64,000 bases of DNA, from the NCBI GenBank assembly GCA_963733195.1, contig CAVTCR010000058.1:1-64000 (forward strand). Reading direction: 5' to 3'. A program made the translations under genes and the position numbers. The notes beneath the pieces are model-generated. The model worked only from the letters and a program-made list of their open reading frames with translations. It had not been told where the DNA came from and did not search any database. Below are positions 1 through 9,789 of this stretch, piece after piece (position 1 is the first letter of the stretch; each line of letters starts with the position of its first letter). The stretch comes from an uncultured delta proteobacterium (lineage in GTDB: Bacteria > Desulfobacterota > Binatia > Bin18).

Positions 1-176
1 GGAAGCGGCTCTGGTGCAGAAAAGTCAGTGATGACATCAGGGCTTACCTCTTCCAGCTGCTCCGCCAAATAGGTACACGTGCAGTTCTTCGGCGGGCTCA
101 CCAGATATTCAACGTACTGCCTCTTGGTCATCATGCCCCTAAAATGCTATTTCCCCCCTGCAAGCGTAAGTCCTAA
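1..176 (-). mobile_element. Left end and transposase N-terminus of an IS701-like element running off the window edge
   Basis: The minus strand from 134 reads MMTKRQYVEYLVSPPKNCTCTYLAEQLEEVSPDVITDF, resembling IS701-family transposase N-termini. The terminal motif TTAGGACTTACGC lies on the minus strand at 164-176. Confidence 0.6.
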
Positions 177-193
177 CATTGAAAGAAGGAACC

Positions 194-917
194 ATGAGGA
201 CGAAAACTATAGGCAGTATGGCTGTCCTGTGCCTGGCGATGGCGCTGGGTATCGACCCGAACGTTAGCGGCGGGGGATAACGAAACGGAGCTGGCCAAGA
301 AGACCCAGAATCCGGTAGCTGACCTCATCAGCGTCCCCTTCCAGAACAACTTCAACTTCGGCGCGGGCAGCAAAGATGAGATGATCTGGATCATGAACGT
401 CCAGCCGGTGATTCCGATTAACCTGAACGCGGACTGGAATCTGATCACCCGGACCATCCTGCCGATCATTAGCCTCCCGCTGCCGTTTCCCGAGCGCCGA
501 CAACGCCTTCGGGTTAGGGGATATCAACCCGTCGTTCTTTTTTTCGCCCTCTAAGCCCAGCAAGTTCATCTGGGGGGCTGGGCCGACGCTGACGTTTCCG
601 ACCGCGACCAATCGCAGCCTGGGCAGTGGCAAATGGAGTATGGGACCCGCAGCCGTGGGCTTGTTCATGGATGGTCCCTGGGTGCTGGGTGCGCTGGCCA
701 ACCAACAATGGTCTTTTCGCTGGCTGGGGTGACAAAGACGTGGACTTCTGCTGCTGATCCAGCCGTTCTTGAACTATAATCTGCCCGCACGGGTGGTACC
801 TCGTCCCAGCGCCCCGATTATCACAGGCTGACTCTCGGCTCAGCTAGCGGCAATCACTGGACCGTCACCTGTAGGCGGTGGTGGAGGGAAGTCTGTGGGA
901 GAGTGGGCAAAAGTCGG
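194..917 (+). pseudogene. Outer-membrane beta-barrel protein ('neuromedin U'-annotated family), frameshifted and truncated by IS1
   Basis: SD-like GAAGGA precedes ATG 194, followed by a signal-like N-terminus. Manual translation gives ELAKKTQNPVADLISVPFQNNFNFG...NVQPVIPINLNADWNLITRTILPII...GLGDINPSFFFSP...WGAGPTLTFPTA. The frame breaks several times and stops at the IS1 end. Confidence 0.7.
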
Positions 918-1760
918 GGTCGTGTTCTCAAATTGTTGATGGTGTGGATTAGATCGGAGTCCCAAACTCGTAGCGATTCACAAAGAGGCCAATCACGGTG
1001 TCATGCATGAAGACGGATTTTGAAAAACAAATTGTTTTCCGTGCCAATCGCTTGATCCGTGTCCGTAGCGTCAGATGTTTGCGTTCGATCTGCTGGGTGT
1101 TGGTTTTGCCGATGGTATGAGCCGAGGCCGGCAGGGGCCGCGCATAGACTCCGGCCGCATCAGGGTAAAAGTGCTCCAGGCCAAAGGGCTTGAGCAACTT
1201 CTGTAACTCGACAAAGACCTTATCCGCTCGACTGCCGAACGCAGACGCCAGGACCACGCCACTCAAATGATCAATCGCATGCCACAACCAGCGTTGGTGG
1301 GCTTTGCTTCCCACACAACTCCACATCTCATCGACCTCCGCGGCTTCTACGCGCCGCACTTCGACCGTGATCGCCTCCGGACAACCGCCCTCCCCCACGC
1401 TCGTGTTGACCCGCGAGAGACCGGCGCTTTTTTTTATTTCCTTGAAGCCCCGTGTTGGGGCCGACCTGCAGGACGCGGGCAATATCGCGGATCCCACTCC
1501 CCTTGAGCGTCATGTCCACGATCTGCTGCTTCACGGTGGGCAAACATCCGGGATAGGCATAGCTGCGTAAAAACGTCCGGCCACACCGGTCGCTTTGCTG
1601 ACAGCGAAACCGCTCCTTGCCATTACTGGCTTTGCCATACTTCACCACCGCCTCACTCTGACAATGCGGACACCCACGACTGCTTCTGCCATCGGTTGTT
1701 CTCTCCTTCTGGCCACACGATAGCCGTCTTTTCTCCTATCAACAAATGGGAGACACGACC
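918..1760 (-). mobile_element. IS1-family insertion sequence
   Basis: Imperfect 23-bp TIRs: ggtcgtgttctcaaattgttgat (918-940) and the reverse complement of 1738-1760, ggtcgtgtctcccatttgttgat. It encodes InsA/InsB-like segments. No clear target-site duplication. Confidence 0.9.
949..1692 (-). CDS. IS1 transposase InsA/InsB, split across frames
   Basis: Zinc-finger/HTH part (CPHCQSEAVVKYGK...RFRCQQ..CGRTF...SGIRDIARVL) and DDE part (EVDEMWS...WLWHAID...NTQQIERKHLTLRTRIKRLARKTICFSKS). An A8 run on the minus strand at 1428-1435 lies at the junction. Confidence 0.85.
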
Positions 1761-1776
1761 GGGGAAAATGAAGGGT

Positions 1777-1961
1777 GGATTGCTCCCGGTATAAGAACCT
1801 GGGACAGGTCCCAGTAGGACTTGGGATAAACTGCGCGGGAATGTTCATGCATCTGCGGCACGCCCTAGACCATGAAAACAAGCTGGGCGGACCCTTTTTC
1901 GGGGAATGACGATACTTATTGACCCATGATGCTCTGGGCTACATCATGTTGCCCCGATGGG
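1777..1961. repeat. Degenerate REP-like cluster
   Basis: agaacctgggacagg...ctgcgcgggaatg and gggctacatcatg..gcccc recur at 2744-2910. Confidence 0.55.
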
Positions 1962-2061
1962 ATTCTACAACGGACTATTTGCTGATCGCTTCGATGTAAG
2001 AACAACACCTTTACGGTTCTATCTCTGTCGGCTTATAATCTGGTCTAAAAGGGGCGACTCA

Positions 2062-2367
2062 ATGGAAGCGAACAAAAAGGCCGTGCAGCAAACTACGTAT
2101 CCACATATTGTCAAGATTGATGGTGTGGTAGGTGGGCAGGCGGTTATTGAGGGGACCCGCATCGCTGTCTGGCATATCGTTGGCTACTACTACAAAGTAG
2201 GAATGTCTGTCGAAGACATCGTGGCGGAATGGTATTACCTGACTCCAGCCCAAGTTTTCAGCGCGCTCGCCTACTATCATGACCACAAACAGGAAATAGA
2301 CGAAATTCGCGAACAGAATAGCTACGAGCGCTGGCAGCAAGAACACCACGCCGATGCCGCCGCCTAA
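2062..2367 (+). CDS. DUF433-family antitoxin
   Basis: PHIVKIDGVVGGQAVIEGTRIAVWHIV...G.S.EDI..E...LT.AQV..ALAYY is the DUF433 signature; overlaps the next gene. Confidence 0.9.
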   Translation: MEANKKAVQQTTYPHIVKIDGVVGGQAVIEGTRIAVWHIVGYYYKVGMSVEDIVAEWYYLTPAQVFSALAYYHDHKQEIDEIREQNSYERWQQEHHADAAA

Positions 2368-2707
2368 GCTGCACTTGAACGAACACCTCTCTCCGCGGCT
2401 CGCTAAACAGTTGCGGCAGTACGGCTTCGATATTACCTCCACGGTTGAATTAGACATGTTAGGGGTGGACGATAGTGAGCACTTGGCGTATGCGGCATCC
2501 GCCCAGAGAGCGCTCGTGACCTTTAACCATAAGGACTTTGTACTGCTCCACGAACAGTATCGTGCTAATGCGAAAGAGCATTGGGGGATTATTTTTTCTA
2601 CTGAAGAGACGACCGCCGTCTTGCGCCGCCGTTTATTGCGTTTACTCAATACGCTTTCAGCAGAGGAACTCAGGAACCAAATCCGCTGGCTTAACGATTT
2701 CAAATAG
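2354..2707 (+). CDS. DUF5615/PIN-like toxin (VapC45-type)
   Basis: KLHLNEHLSPRLAKQLRQYGFD...DSEHLAYA...RALVTFNHKDF...HWGII; coupled to DUF433. Confidence 0.85.
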   Translation: MPPPKLHLNEHLSPRLAKQLRQYGFDITSTVELDMLGVDDSEHLAYAASAQRALVTFNHKDFVLLHEQYRANAKEHWGIIFSTEETTAVLRRRLLRLLNTLSAEELRNQIRWLNDFK

Positions 2708-2730
2708 ACTTCACTTCATGTTATGAGATC

Positions 2731-2960
2731 ACCCATAGCTCACGCTGTGGGCTACATCATGCCGCCCCTGGCGGGGCTCGATTGGTAATTGATTTCTTCA
2801 TGAGCCTTGAAGAGGCGATATAATGTAGCCCACGATGTGAACCGTGGGAAACTAACGAATGGATTCCCGCCCCCGGTAGAACCTGGGACAGGCTGCGCGG
2901 GAATGACGAAGACCACCCGCCCGTCATTCCGCGGCGAGATGAGCGAGACCCGGAATGAGA
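2731..2960. repeat. REP-like palindromic cluster
   Basis: cccatagc..gctgtggg, tagcccacg..cgtggg and gcgggaatgac..gtcattccgc hairpins lie between convergent genes. Confidence 0.6.
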
Positions 2961-2965
2961 GTCTC

Positions 2966-3734
2966 TCACGCAAATGTCGCCGACACCGATCCGACTCCAG
3001 AAAACGAACTTTCCCAGCGGTCTACCTTTGGCGATCGGTGTAGGTTTGGTGAACGAGCCGGTCATGATGTCCTGCCCTGGTTCGAGGGCTAAGCCGTACG
3101 TCGCTAAATGATTTGCAAGCCATGCGATGCAGTCGAGTTGATTGTCGATGACTTCTTTGCCGATGACTTTGGCGAACACTTCACCGTTGCGCTTCATTTC
3201 GACGACTACCTCTCCGAGATTCAGACTTGCTGGATACGGTGAGAGCGCAGCGCCAGTGACATAGCCCCACTGTGCAATGCCATCGGCCACACCCAGTGGC
3301 ATGTCCTCGCCCATGTTGACGCGCATGTCGACTACTTCAAACGCAGGCGCGACAGCCGAGACAGAGGCAAGTACCTGATCGCGTGTCACACCTGGACCAG
3401 CGAGGCGTTTGCCGATGGTAAAGCACAGCTCTGATTCGATAATCGGTTTACCGATTGTGGCATGCGAGAAATTTTGTCCACTAGAGAAATGACGACTCGC
3501 TAACAGCGGCGCACTAATCGGTGCAGACAGGTTGAACGCTTTACGTGCGGATTCCGCTGATAAGCCAATTTTCCAGCCTCCGAGTTTCTCGCCAGCTTGT
3601 TGTCGTCGAGCAAGAATGCCGAGTTGGACTTTGTATGCGTCAGCCATCGTCAGCGTCTTTTGTAAGGCCGGTGACGGTGCAGTGTTTTGTTGTGTGGCTT
3701 GCCACAGCAGATTGGTTGCTTCGTCGATATTCAT
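2966..3734 (-). CDS. 2-keto-4-pentenoate hydratase / fumarylacetoacetate hydrolase family
   Basis: DAYKVQ...GWKIGLS...IESELCF...PAFEVVD...WLANHLATYGLALEPGQDIMTGS. A frameshift near 3025; the corrected C-terminus ends ...GVGSVSATFA*. Confidence 0.85.
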
Positions 3735-3880
3735 AGTTTCCACTCCTTTGATGAAGGACGATATAGAACAGAGGAGAGGAGAAAGGCAAGAGACCGACTC
3801 ATAAACGATATTCCGAACCTGCAAAGAAAGTTTTGTAGATTACGCTGAGTATGCGAAGCCAACCTCCATGCATAAACAAA

Positions 3881-3912
3881 GTTGGGCAACGCTGCGCTTT
3901 TGCCCAACCTAC
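3881..3912. repeat. GTAG-type REP palindrome
   Basis: gttgggcaa-cgctgcgctt-ttgcccaac-ctac; a similar copy lies at 32678. Confidence 0.6.
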
Positions 3913-3980
3913 GTTCTTGGCATGGTGTACCATCGGCACCCGTGATAGAGCAGGCGGAAAGAGTCACGGGAGGAGGACAC

Positions 3981-4908
3981 ATGATACAGTTTGCTTGGGT
4001 GACGCTGCTTGGCTTGGTTGTTTGTCGGGTCAACAGCCTTTGCACAGCAACAAGACTTCTCGAAGATCGATGTCAAAGGGAGCAAAGTCAGTGGCAACGT
4101 CTATATGCTGCAAGCCGACCCAGGCAGTGGCAACATCGGAGCGTCGGTCGGTCCCGATGGTATCTTGATTGTCGATGATCAGTTTGTGCCACTGGCGGAT
4201 AAAATTCGTGCCGCGCTCAAAGAAGCCGGCGGTGGTCCGCTGAAGTTTGTTCTTAATACCCATTGGCATTACGATCATGTCGATGGCAACAAAGTGTTTG
4301 GGCGGGAAGCACCGATCATTGCCCACACCAACGTGCGTAAACGTCTCACGACTGATCAGAAGCTGATGGGACGAGCGTTTCCGGCGGAACCGAAAGAAGC
4401 CTGGCCGGTGATTACCTTTGATAACTCACTGTCAATTCATTTTAATGGTGAGGAAATCAAAGTGTTCCACATGTTTCCTGGACACACCGACGGTGACAGT
4501 GTGGTCTTCTTCACTGGGTCGAAAGTTGTTCATATGGGCGATCAGTACATTGCCAATGGCTTTCCGTTCATTGACTGGGAGAGCGGTGGTGACATGGAAG
4601 GTTTTACCAAAAATGTTGAAACCGTACTGACGCAGTTGCCCCCTGACACAAAAGTCATTCCCGGACATGGTCCGCTATCGACGCTTGAGGACTTAAAGGT
4701 ATATCACCAAATGTTGGTAGGGACGACTGACTTTGTCCGCAAGCATATGGCCGAGGGGAAAAGTCTCGATGCCATCAAAGCAGCAGGCTTTCCCGACCAA
4801 TGGAAGCCATTTGGTGCAGGATTTATTAAAGCCGAGATGTGGATCGAGGCAATTCACACTGGTCTCTCGAAGAAAAAAGCTCCGGCGAAGTCGCCAAGCA
4901 AACAGTGA
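3981..4908 (+). CDS. Secreted MBL-fold metallo-hydrolase (cyclase-like)
   Basis: NTHWHYDHVDGN, GHTDGD, HMGD and IPGHG motifs. SD GGAGGA precedes ATG 3981, with a frameshift in the signal peptide. Confidence 0.85.
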
Positions 4909-4921
4909 TGATGAGGGACGC

Positions 4922-6346
4922 ATGGAGAATCCTGATTTTACATTGGAACTGTCGCCTGAAGAGATGCGCCGTATGGTGGAACGTGCGCTTGAACATATTG
5001 TGAAACACGTCGAGTCGCTGCCACAACAACCGGCAATTGACATTGATGGGGGAGTGGACCTTGCACGTGGTCTCGTCGAGCCATTACCCGAAACCGGGCA
5101 ATCATACGAACAGCTCCTCGCTCTCTTATTTCATCAGGTCATTCCCAAAAGCTTCAATACGGCCGGGCCGGGTTATCTGGCGTACATTCCCGGCGGTGGG
5201 ATTTTTCATGCAGCAGTGGCGGATTTGATTACTGCGGCAGTCAATCGTTATATGGGTATTTGGTTGGCGGCTCCGGGCCTCGCACAGTTGGAAGCGACGG
5301 TCCTGCGCTGGTTTTGCGATATAGTTGGATATCCTGCGAGTGCGCGTGGACTCTTGACCACCGGCGGCTCATTGGCGAACTTCTCTGCCGTCGTAACTGC
5401 ACGCCGTGAGCGCTTGCCCGAGAATTTCTTGGCAGGAACGATCTATGTGTCGGACCAAACCCATCACTCAGTCCAGAAAGCGGCGTTGCTTGCCGGTTTT
5501 CCGCCGGACAATGTTCGTGCGATCCCATCGGACTCACAATTTCGTGTCCGTGTCGATCTTCTTGAACAACGTATTCTTGAAGATCGAGAAGCTGAACGCC
5601 TTCCGTTTCTGATCGTCGGTAATGCTGGGACGACGAACACCGGAGCAGTCGATGATCTTACGGCTCTAGCGAGCATCGCCCATCATGGACGGCTCTGGTT
5701 CCATGTTGATGCGGCGTATGGCGGATGTTTTCTTCTTACTGAACACGGGCGATCGATCATGCGAGGGATTGAGCAAGCGGACTCGGTCACTCTTGACCCA
5801 CACAAGGGACTATTTCTCCCGTATGGTACAGGTTCACTATTGGTGAAAGACGGTCCAGCGTTGAAGCGAGCGCATGGCGTCTCAGCGGTGTACCTGCCAT
5901 CGGTGGAAGATGAGGGTGACTTAGTAGACTTCTCGCAAATGTCACCGGAACTCTCACGTGAGTTCCGGGGCCTACGCGTGTGGTTGCCCTTCAAAATGCA
6001 TGGAGTCGCACCGTTCCGCCGTAACCTCGAAGAGAAGCTGGCACTTACTCAGTGGGCGACAGAAGAACTATGCAAGATTCCCGGCATCGAAATTGTCGCC
6101 GAGCCGCAACTGTCGGTGGTGGCATTTCGTCTCGTGCGACCAGAAATGGGGGTAGACACGTTGAACCAATTAAATCGTCAGCTGCTGCAATTGATCAATG
6201 CCGGTAACCGCGTGCACCTGAGTGGCACTGTATTGAATGGTAACTTTGTCATTCGCATTTGTGTGCTGTCGTTCCGTACGCATCTTGATCGTGTGCAGAC
6301 ATGTCTCGAAGATATTCGCGCAGCAGTGAATGCCTTAGCCGCGTGA
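4922..6346 (+). CDS. Group II PLP-dependent (aromatic amino acid/glutamate-type) decarboxylase
   Basis: TTGGSLAN, HHSVQKAA, GTTNTGAVDD, WFHVDAAYGG and DSVTLDPHK (PLP lysine). Confidence 0.92.
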   Translation: MENPDFTLELSPEEMRRMVERALEHIVKHVESLPQQPAIDIDGGVDLARGLVEPLPETGQSYEQLLALLFHQVIPKSFNTAGPGYLAYIPGGGIFHAAVADLITAAVNRYMGIWLAAPGLAQLEATVLRWFCDIVGYPASARGLLTTGGSLANFSAVVTARRERLPENFLAGTIYVSDQTHHSVQKAALLAGFPPDNVRAIPSDSQFRVRVDLLEQRILEDREAERLPFLIVGNAGTTNTGAVDDLTALASIAHHGRLWFHVDAAYGGCFLLTEHGRSIMRGIEQADSVTLDPHKGLFLPYGTGSLLVKDGPALKRAHGVSAVYLPSVEDEGDLVDFSQMSPELSREFRGLRVWLPFKMHGVAPFRRNLEEKLALTQWATEELCKIPGIEIVAEPQLSVVAFRLVRPEMGVDTLNQLNRQLLQLINAGNRVHLSGTVLNGNFVIRICVLSFRTHLDRVQTCLEDIRAAVNALAA

Positions 6347-6470
6347 AGGAAAAGGGGTGAAATGGTGGAAAAATGGGGATAAAGGGATAAAGGATAAAAG
6401 GAGTTTCGCTCTTTGTTTCCTTTTTCTTCCGTTTCACCATCTTCCCGTTTACCCCTTTACCCATTTCGCC
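6346..6470. repeat. Purine-rich then pyrimidine-rich short-period repeat forming an imperfect hairpin
   Basis: ggataaa-type units followed by tttaccc-type units between convergent genes. Confidence 0.5.
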
Positions 6471-6962
6471 TTATTTTTCTGGAGGTACCATCTCATCAAT
6501 CTGAATGAGAATACCGTCTGGGTCTTGGACAAAGGCGCTACGAATTGTCCCTGCCTTCGTCTTACCTAAGACATGCGGCGGAGCGACAAACGTCACACCT
6601 TTACTCTTTAAGTCTTCGTAGACTGAATCCAAACCTTTCACCCAAAAGCCGACATGTGAAATGCCGATTTGATCGACTTTGATACTCGTCCCAGTTGGCG
6701 GAGCATCCATCGGGGCGATTAACACGACGATTGGTGCATCTTCGTTCATGCCAAACGGTGTGGCGTTTGACTGGCCATAGCGCAACGTCACAAAGCGAAA
6801 CTTGCGATTGAGCCGTTCGTAGATACCTTGCTGATATTCATTGACTTCGCTTTCCGTGCCTTCCTGTGCGACCTGAAAACCCAGGAGATCACGATAGAAG
6901 TGTAATGAACGATCAAAGTCAGTGACACAGAACGCGACATGCGACATACTTCGTGGGATCAT
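6471..6962 (-). CDS. VOC/glyoxalase family protein
   Basis: SHVAFCVTDFDRSLHFYRDLLGF...SHVGFWV...FVQDPDGILIQI. Confidence 0.88.
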   Translation of the reverse strand: MIPRSMSHVAFCVTDFDRSLHFYRDLLGFQVAQEGTESEVNEYQQGIYERLNRKFRFVTLRYGQSNATPFGMNEDAPIVVLIAPMDAPPTGTSIKVDQIGISHVGFWVKGLDSVYEDLKSKGVTFVAPPHVLGKTKAGTIRSAFVQDPDGILIQIDEMVPPEK

Positions 6963-7074
6963 AACAGTGCCCTCCTTTGCGGTGTACTCTACTGTAAACG
7001 TGACGAGGCTGACAAGTAGAAAAGACGGGAACAGTCTGATACATGCGACGTGCTGCAAAAGAAGGAGGTCACTC

Positions 7075-7473
7075 ATGCCAAAACGAGAATCCATTGTTCC
7101 ACCAGATATGAAGAATATCCATGAACGCTTTCGTTACTCACCGGGAGTGAAAGCTGGGCACATGTTGTACATCGCCGGTCAGGTTGGCCGTGATGAGAAC
7201 CTCAAGGTGGTCGAAGGAACCGAAGCGCAGTTTGTCCAGGCATTTGAGAACGTAAAAAAAGTGCTCACGACGGCAGGTGCGACGTTTGATGATGTTGTCG
7301 AGATGGTAACGTATCATACCGATATGCGTGACTTGCAGCTCTTTATAAAAGTGAAGGACAAGTACTTCACGAATCTCGACCGATTACCAACCTGGACTGG
7401 CATCGGCACGACAGCCTTGGCGATGCCGGGATTGTTGGTGGAGATTAAGTGTACGGCGATGTTACCGGAGTGA
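7075..7473 (+). CDS. RidA/YjgF family protein
   Basis: YSPGVKAGHMLYIAGQVG...AGATFDDVV...PTWTGIG...LVEIK; SD AGGAGG. Confidence 0.88.
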   Translation: MPKRESIVPPDMKNIHERFRYSPGVKAGHMLYIAGQVGRDENLKVVEGTEAQFVQAFENVKKVLTTAGATFDDVVEMVTYHTDMRDLQLFIKVKDKYFTNLDRLPTWTGIGTTALAMPGLLVEIKCTAMLPE

Positions 7474-7479
7474 CGAATT

Positions 7480-7519
7480 CCCCCTCACCCTATCCCTCTC
7501 CCGCGATGGGAGAGGGGAC
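7480..7519. repeat. REP-like hairpin
   Basis: ccccctcaccctatccctctccc-gcgat-gggagagggga. Confidence 0.6.
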
Positions 7520-7540
7520 CTGAAAGTTGAGGAGACCTGT

Positions 7541-9571
7541 GTGACAACTCCAGCCTCTGACCTGAAACACGTCTGGACCCCGCTGACCATAGGTACCACT
7601 ACGGTGAAGCACCGCATCATGGTGACTGGTCACACGCAGTTGTATGGCAAAGATGAAACTATCAGTGATCGCCATATCGCCTATTATCGAGAGCGTGCTA
7701 AAGGCGGAGCCGCGCTTCTTACGCTGGAACAACAAGCTGTGCATCAGGCAGGCATGAACTACCACGCTGGTTGCATTGCCTGGGACCCCCGTGTGATCCC
7801 GCAGTACGAAAAGCTCGCTGAGGCGGTGCACGAGTTTGGTTGTAAACAATTCGTTCAGCTTTTCGCGTGTGGTGCGCAGGGGAAAGGGACGATGTACATC
7901 GACCGCTGGCGTCCGCTGTGGGCAGCGTCGCGTATTCCGTCGGCGATCTATAACGAAACGCCGTTGGCCATGGAGCAGGTGCATATCGATCAGATCGTCA
8001 TGCACTTTGGTTTGTCCGCACGAAATGCCAAGATCGCTGGCATTGATGGAGTCGAGATCCACGCCGCGCACAGTCAGTTAGTCGGTGAATTTCTTAGCCC
8101 CGCGTTTAACAAACGCACGGATCGGTACGGTGGGTCTGTGCGCAGCCGTTGTCAGATTGTGATTGAGATTGGCAAAGAGGTGCGGCGGCAGGTCGGCCAG
8201 GACTACACCGTAGGGGTGCGGTTGTCATTTGACGAATTTCTTGGCGACTGTGGCATTACACCAGAGCAGACTGAAGAACAATTAGAGATCCTTTCTGCTA
8301 CCGGCTTGTTCGATTTCTTCAACATCTCGGGTGGTGGTTATCATGCGCTGCACGTAGCAGTTGCCCCGATGGGCAGTGTTGAAGAAGGTTTCATGGCGCC
8401 GTTTGGTAAACGGGCGAAGGCAGTAGTTGGTGACCGTGCCAAGGTATTCGTCGTTGGTCGCATCTTAGATGTCCGCATGGCTGAGCAGATCCTCACTGAC
8501 GGTGCGGCGGACATGGTGGCGATGACACGCGCACATATTGCCGATCCATTCATCATCAACAAGTTTCGTGAAGGACGTGAAGACGAAACTGTCCGTTGTG
8601 TTGGAGCTAACGTTTGTGTGTCGCGCTTGATCGATAATGTTGATGTCGCCTGTGTGATGAATCCAGCGACTGGCCGTGAGCGTCAGTGGGGTGAAGGGAC
8701 TCTCCAAATTGTTTCTCCTGAAGAGAGGCGGAAAGTCGTCGTTGTTGGCGGTGGTCCTGCTGGTCTCAAGTGTGCAGCGATTGCTGCCAAACGTGGACAT
8801 ACAGTGATTCTATATGAGCAGACGCAAGAATTAGGCGGGCATCTTAACTTGCTCAAGCGACTACCAACCCGTCAAGGGTGGCAGAGAGCAATTGATAATC
8901 TCACGCGACCGTTGGCAAAAGCCGGTGTCGAAGTTCGTCTGGGAACGACTGTTACGACTGCGGTGCTCACGCAAGAAAAACCGGATGTGGTCGTGTGTGC
9001 CACTGGATCGACTTACGCTCGTACCGGGTACAGTCCGTATCGACCTGAACGAGACGCTATTCCTGGAACTGATCAGGTTCATGTGATTGATGTCGTCGTT
9101 GCGACTAAACGGGCGTTGACTGATCCTGGTTCTTTAGGCAAGCGCGTACTGATCCTCGACGAGACCGATACGTATTTGCCGTTAGGTTTGGCCGAAATAC
9201 TGGCACAAGCAAGCGTTCAAGTCGAAGTTGTCACACCACATCTATTTGTTGGCGAAGATACGCTCAAGACGCTTGAGATGCCCCATCTCTTCCCTCGGTT
9301 GAAGGCGGCAGGGGTAAGACTCACTGCCCAACAGTTTGTCGAGAAGATCAACATCAATAGTGTTGAAATCTACGACATTTGGGGAGGTGAACGGCGAACG
9401 ATGGAAGTGGATACGGTAGTAATTGCTATGATGCGCAGCCCCAATGATGCCCTCTTCCAGGAGATTCGTCAGAGCTTCAAGAAAGAACTTTACCGCATTG
9501 GCGATGCCGTCGCTCCCCGCAAGCTGGAAGCGGTCATTTACGAGGGAGAGAAGTTGGGAAGAGAACTTTAG
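7541..9571 (+). CDS. FadH/OYE-family NADH:flavin oxidoreductase (TIM barrel plus FAD domain)
   Basis: YYRERAKGG, DGVEIHAAH, NKRTDRYGGS, CVGANVC..C.MNP, VVVGGGPAG and IGDAVAPR. Confidence 0.92.
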   Translation: MTTPASDLKHVWTPLTIGTTTVKHRIMVTGHTQLYGKDETISDRHIAYYRERAKGGAALLTLEQQAVHQAGMNYHAGCIAWDPRVIPQYEKLAEAVHEFGCKQFVQLFACGAQGKGTMYIDRWRPLWAASRIPSAIYNETPLAMEQVHIDQIVMHFGLSARNAKIAGIDGVEIHAAHSQLVGEFLSPAFNKRTDRYGGSVRSRCQIVIEIGKEVRRQVGQDYTVGVRLSFDEFLGDCGITPEQTEEQLEILSATGLFDFFNISGGGYHALHVAVAPMGSVEEGFMAPFGKRAKAVVGDRAKVFVVGRILDVRMAEQILTDGAADMVAMTRAHIADPFIINKFREGREDETVRCVGANVCVSRLIDNVDVACVMNPATGRERQWGEGTLQIVSPEERRKVVVVGGGPAGLKCAAIAAKRGHTVILYEQTQELGGHLNLLKRLPTRQGWQRAIDNLTRPLAKAGVEVRLGTTVTTAVLTQEKPDVVVCATGSTYARTGYSPYRPERDAIPGTDQVHVIDVVVATKRALTDPGSLGKRVLILDETDTYLPLGLAEILAQASVQVEVVTPHLFVGEDTLKTLEMPHLFPRLKAAGVRLTAQQFVEKININSVEIYDIWGGERRTMEVDTVVIAMMRSPNDALFQEIRQSFKKELYRIGDAVAPRKLEAVIYEGEKLGREL

Positions 9572-9584
9572 CCCCTGCGGGGCA

Positions 9585-9690
9585 ATGCAAAATTAAGAAT
9601 TGAGAATGAAGAATTAAGTAAGGAAGAGCCTACGAGCGAATCAAGAATACAGTTCCTCATTTTGCACTCTCCATTTTACATTCTTCATTG
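9585..9690. repeat. Heptamer tandem repeat with mirrored complement
   Basis: aatgcaa aattaag aattgag aatgaag aattaag ... ttttgca ctctcca ttttaca ttcttca. Confidence 0.6.
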
Positions 9691-9789
9691 TCTTGTGACT
9701 TTCCCTTGACTCTCCTGTGCTCTCAGTATCTACTGTCTCAAATTGAGTCTGATCGGTTCTTATGCCCGTGCATAAATGAGGGAGGATTG

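Noticed and set aside
2059-2703. 214-aa minus-strand ORF and similar long shadow ORFs (20235-20945, 27478-28077, 40562-41215)
   Set aside because: They fully overlap well-supported genes on the opposite strand and lack SD sites or motifs.
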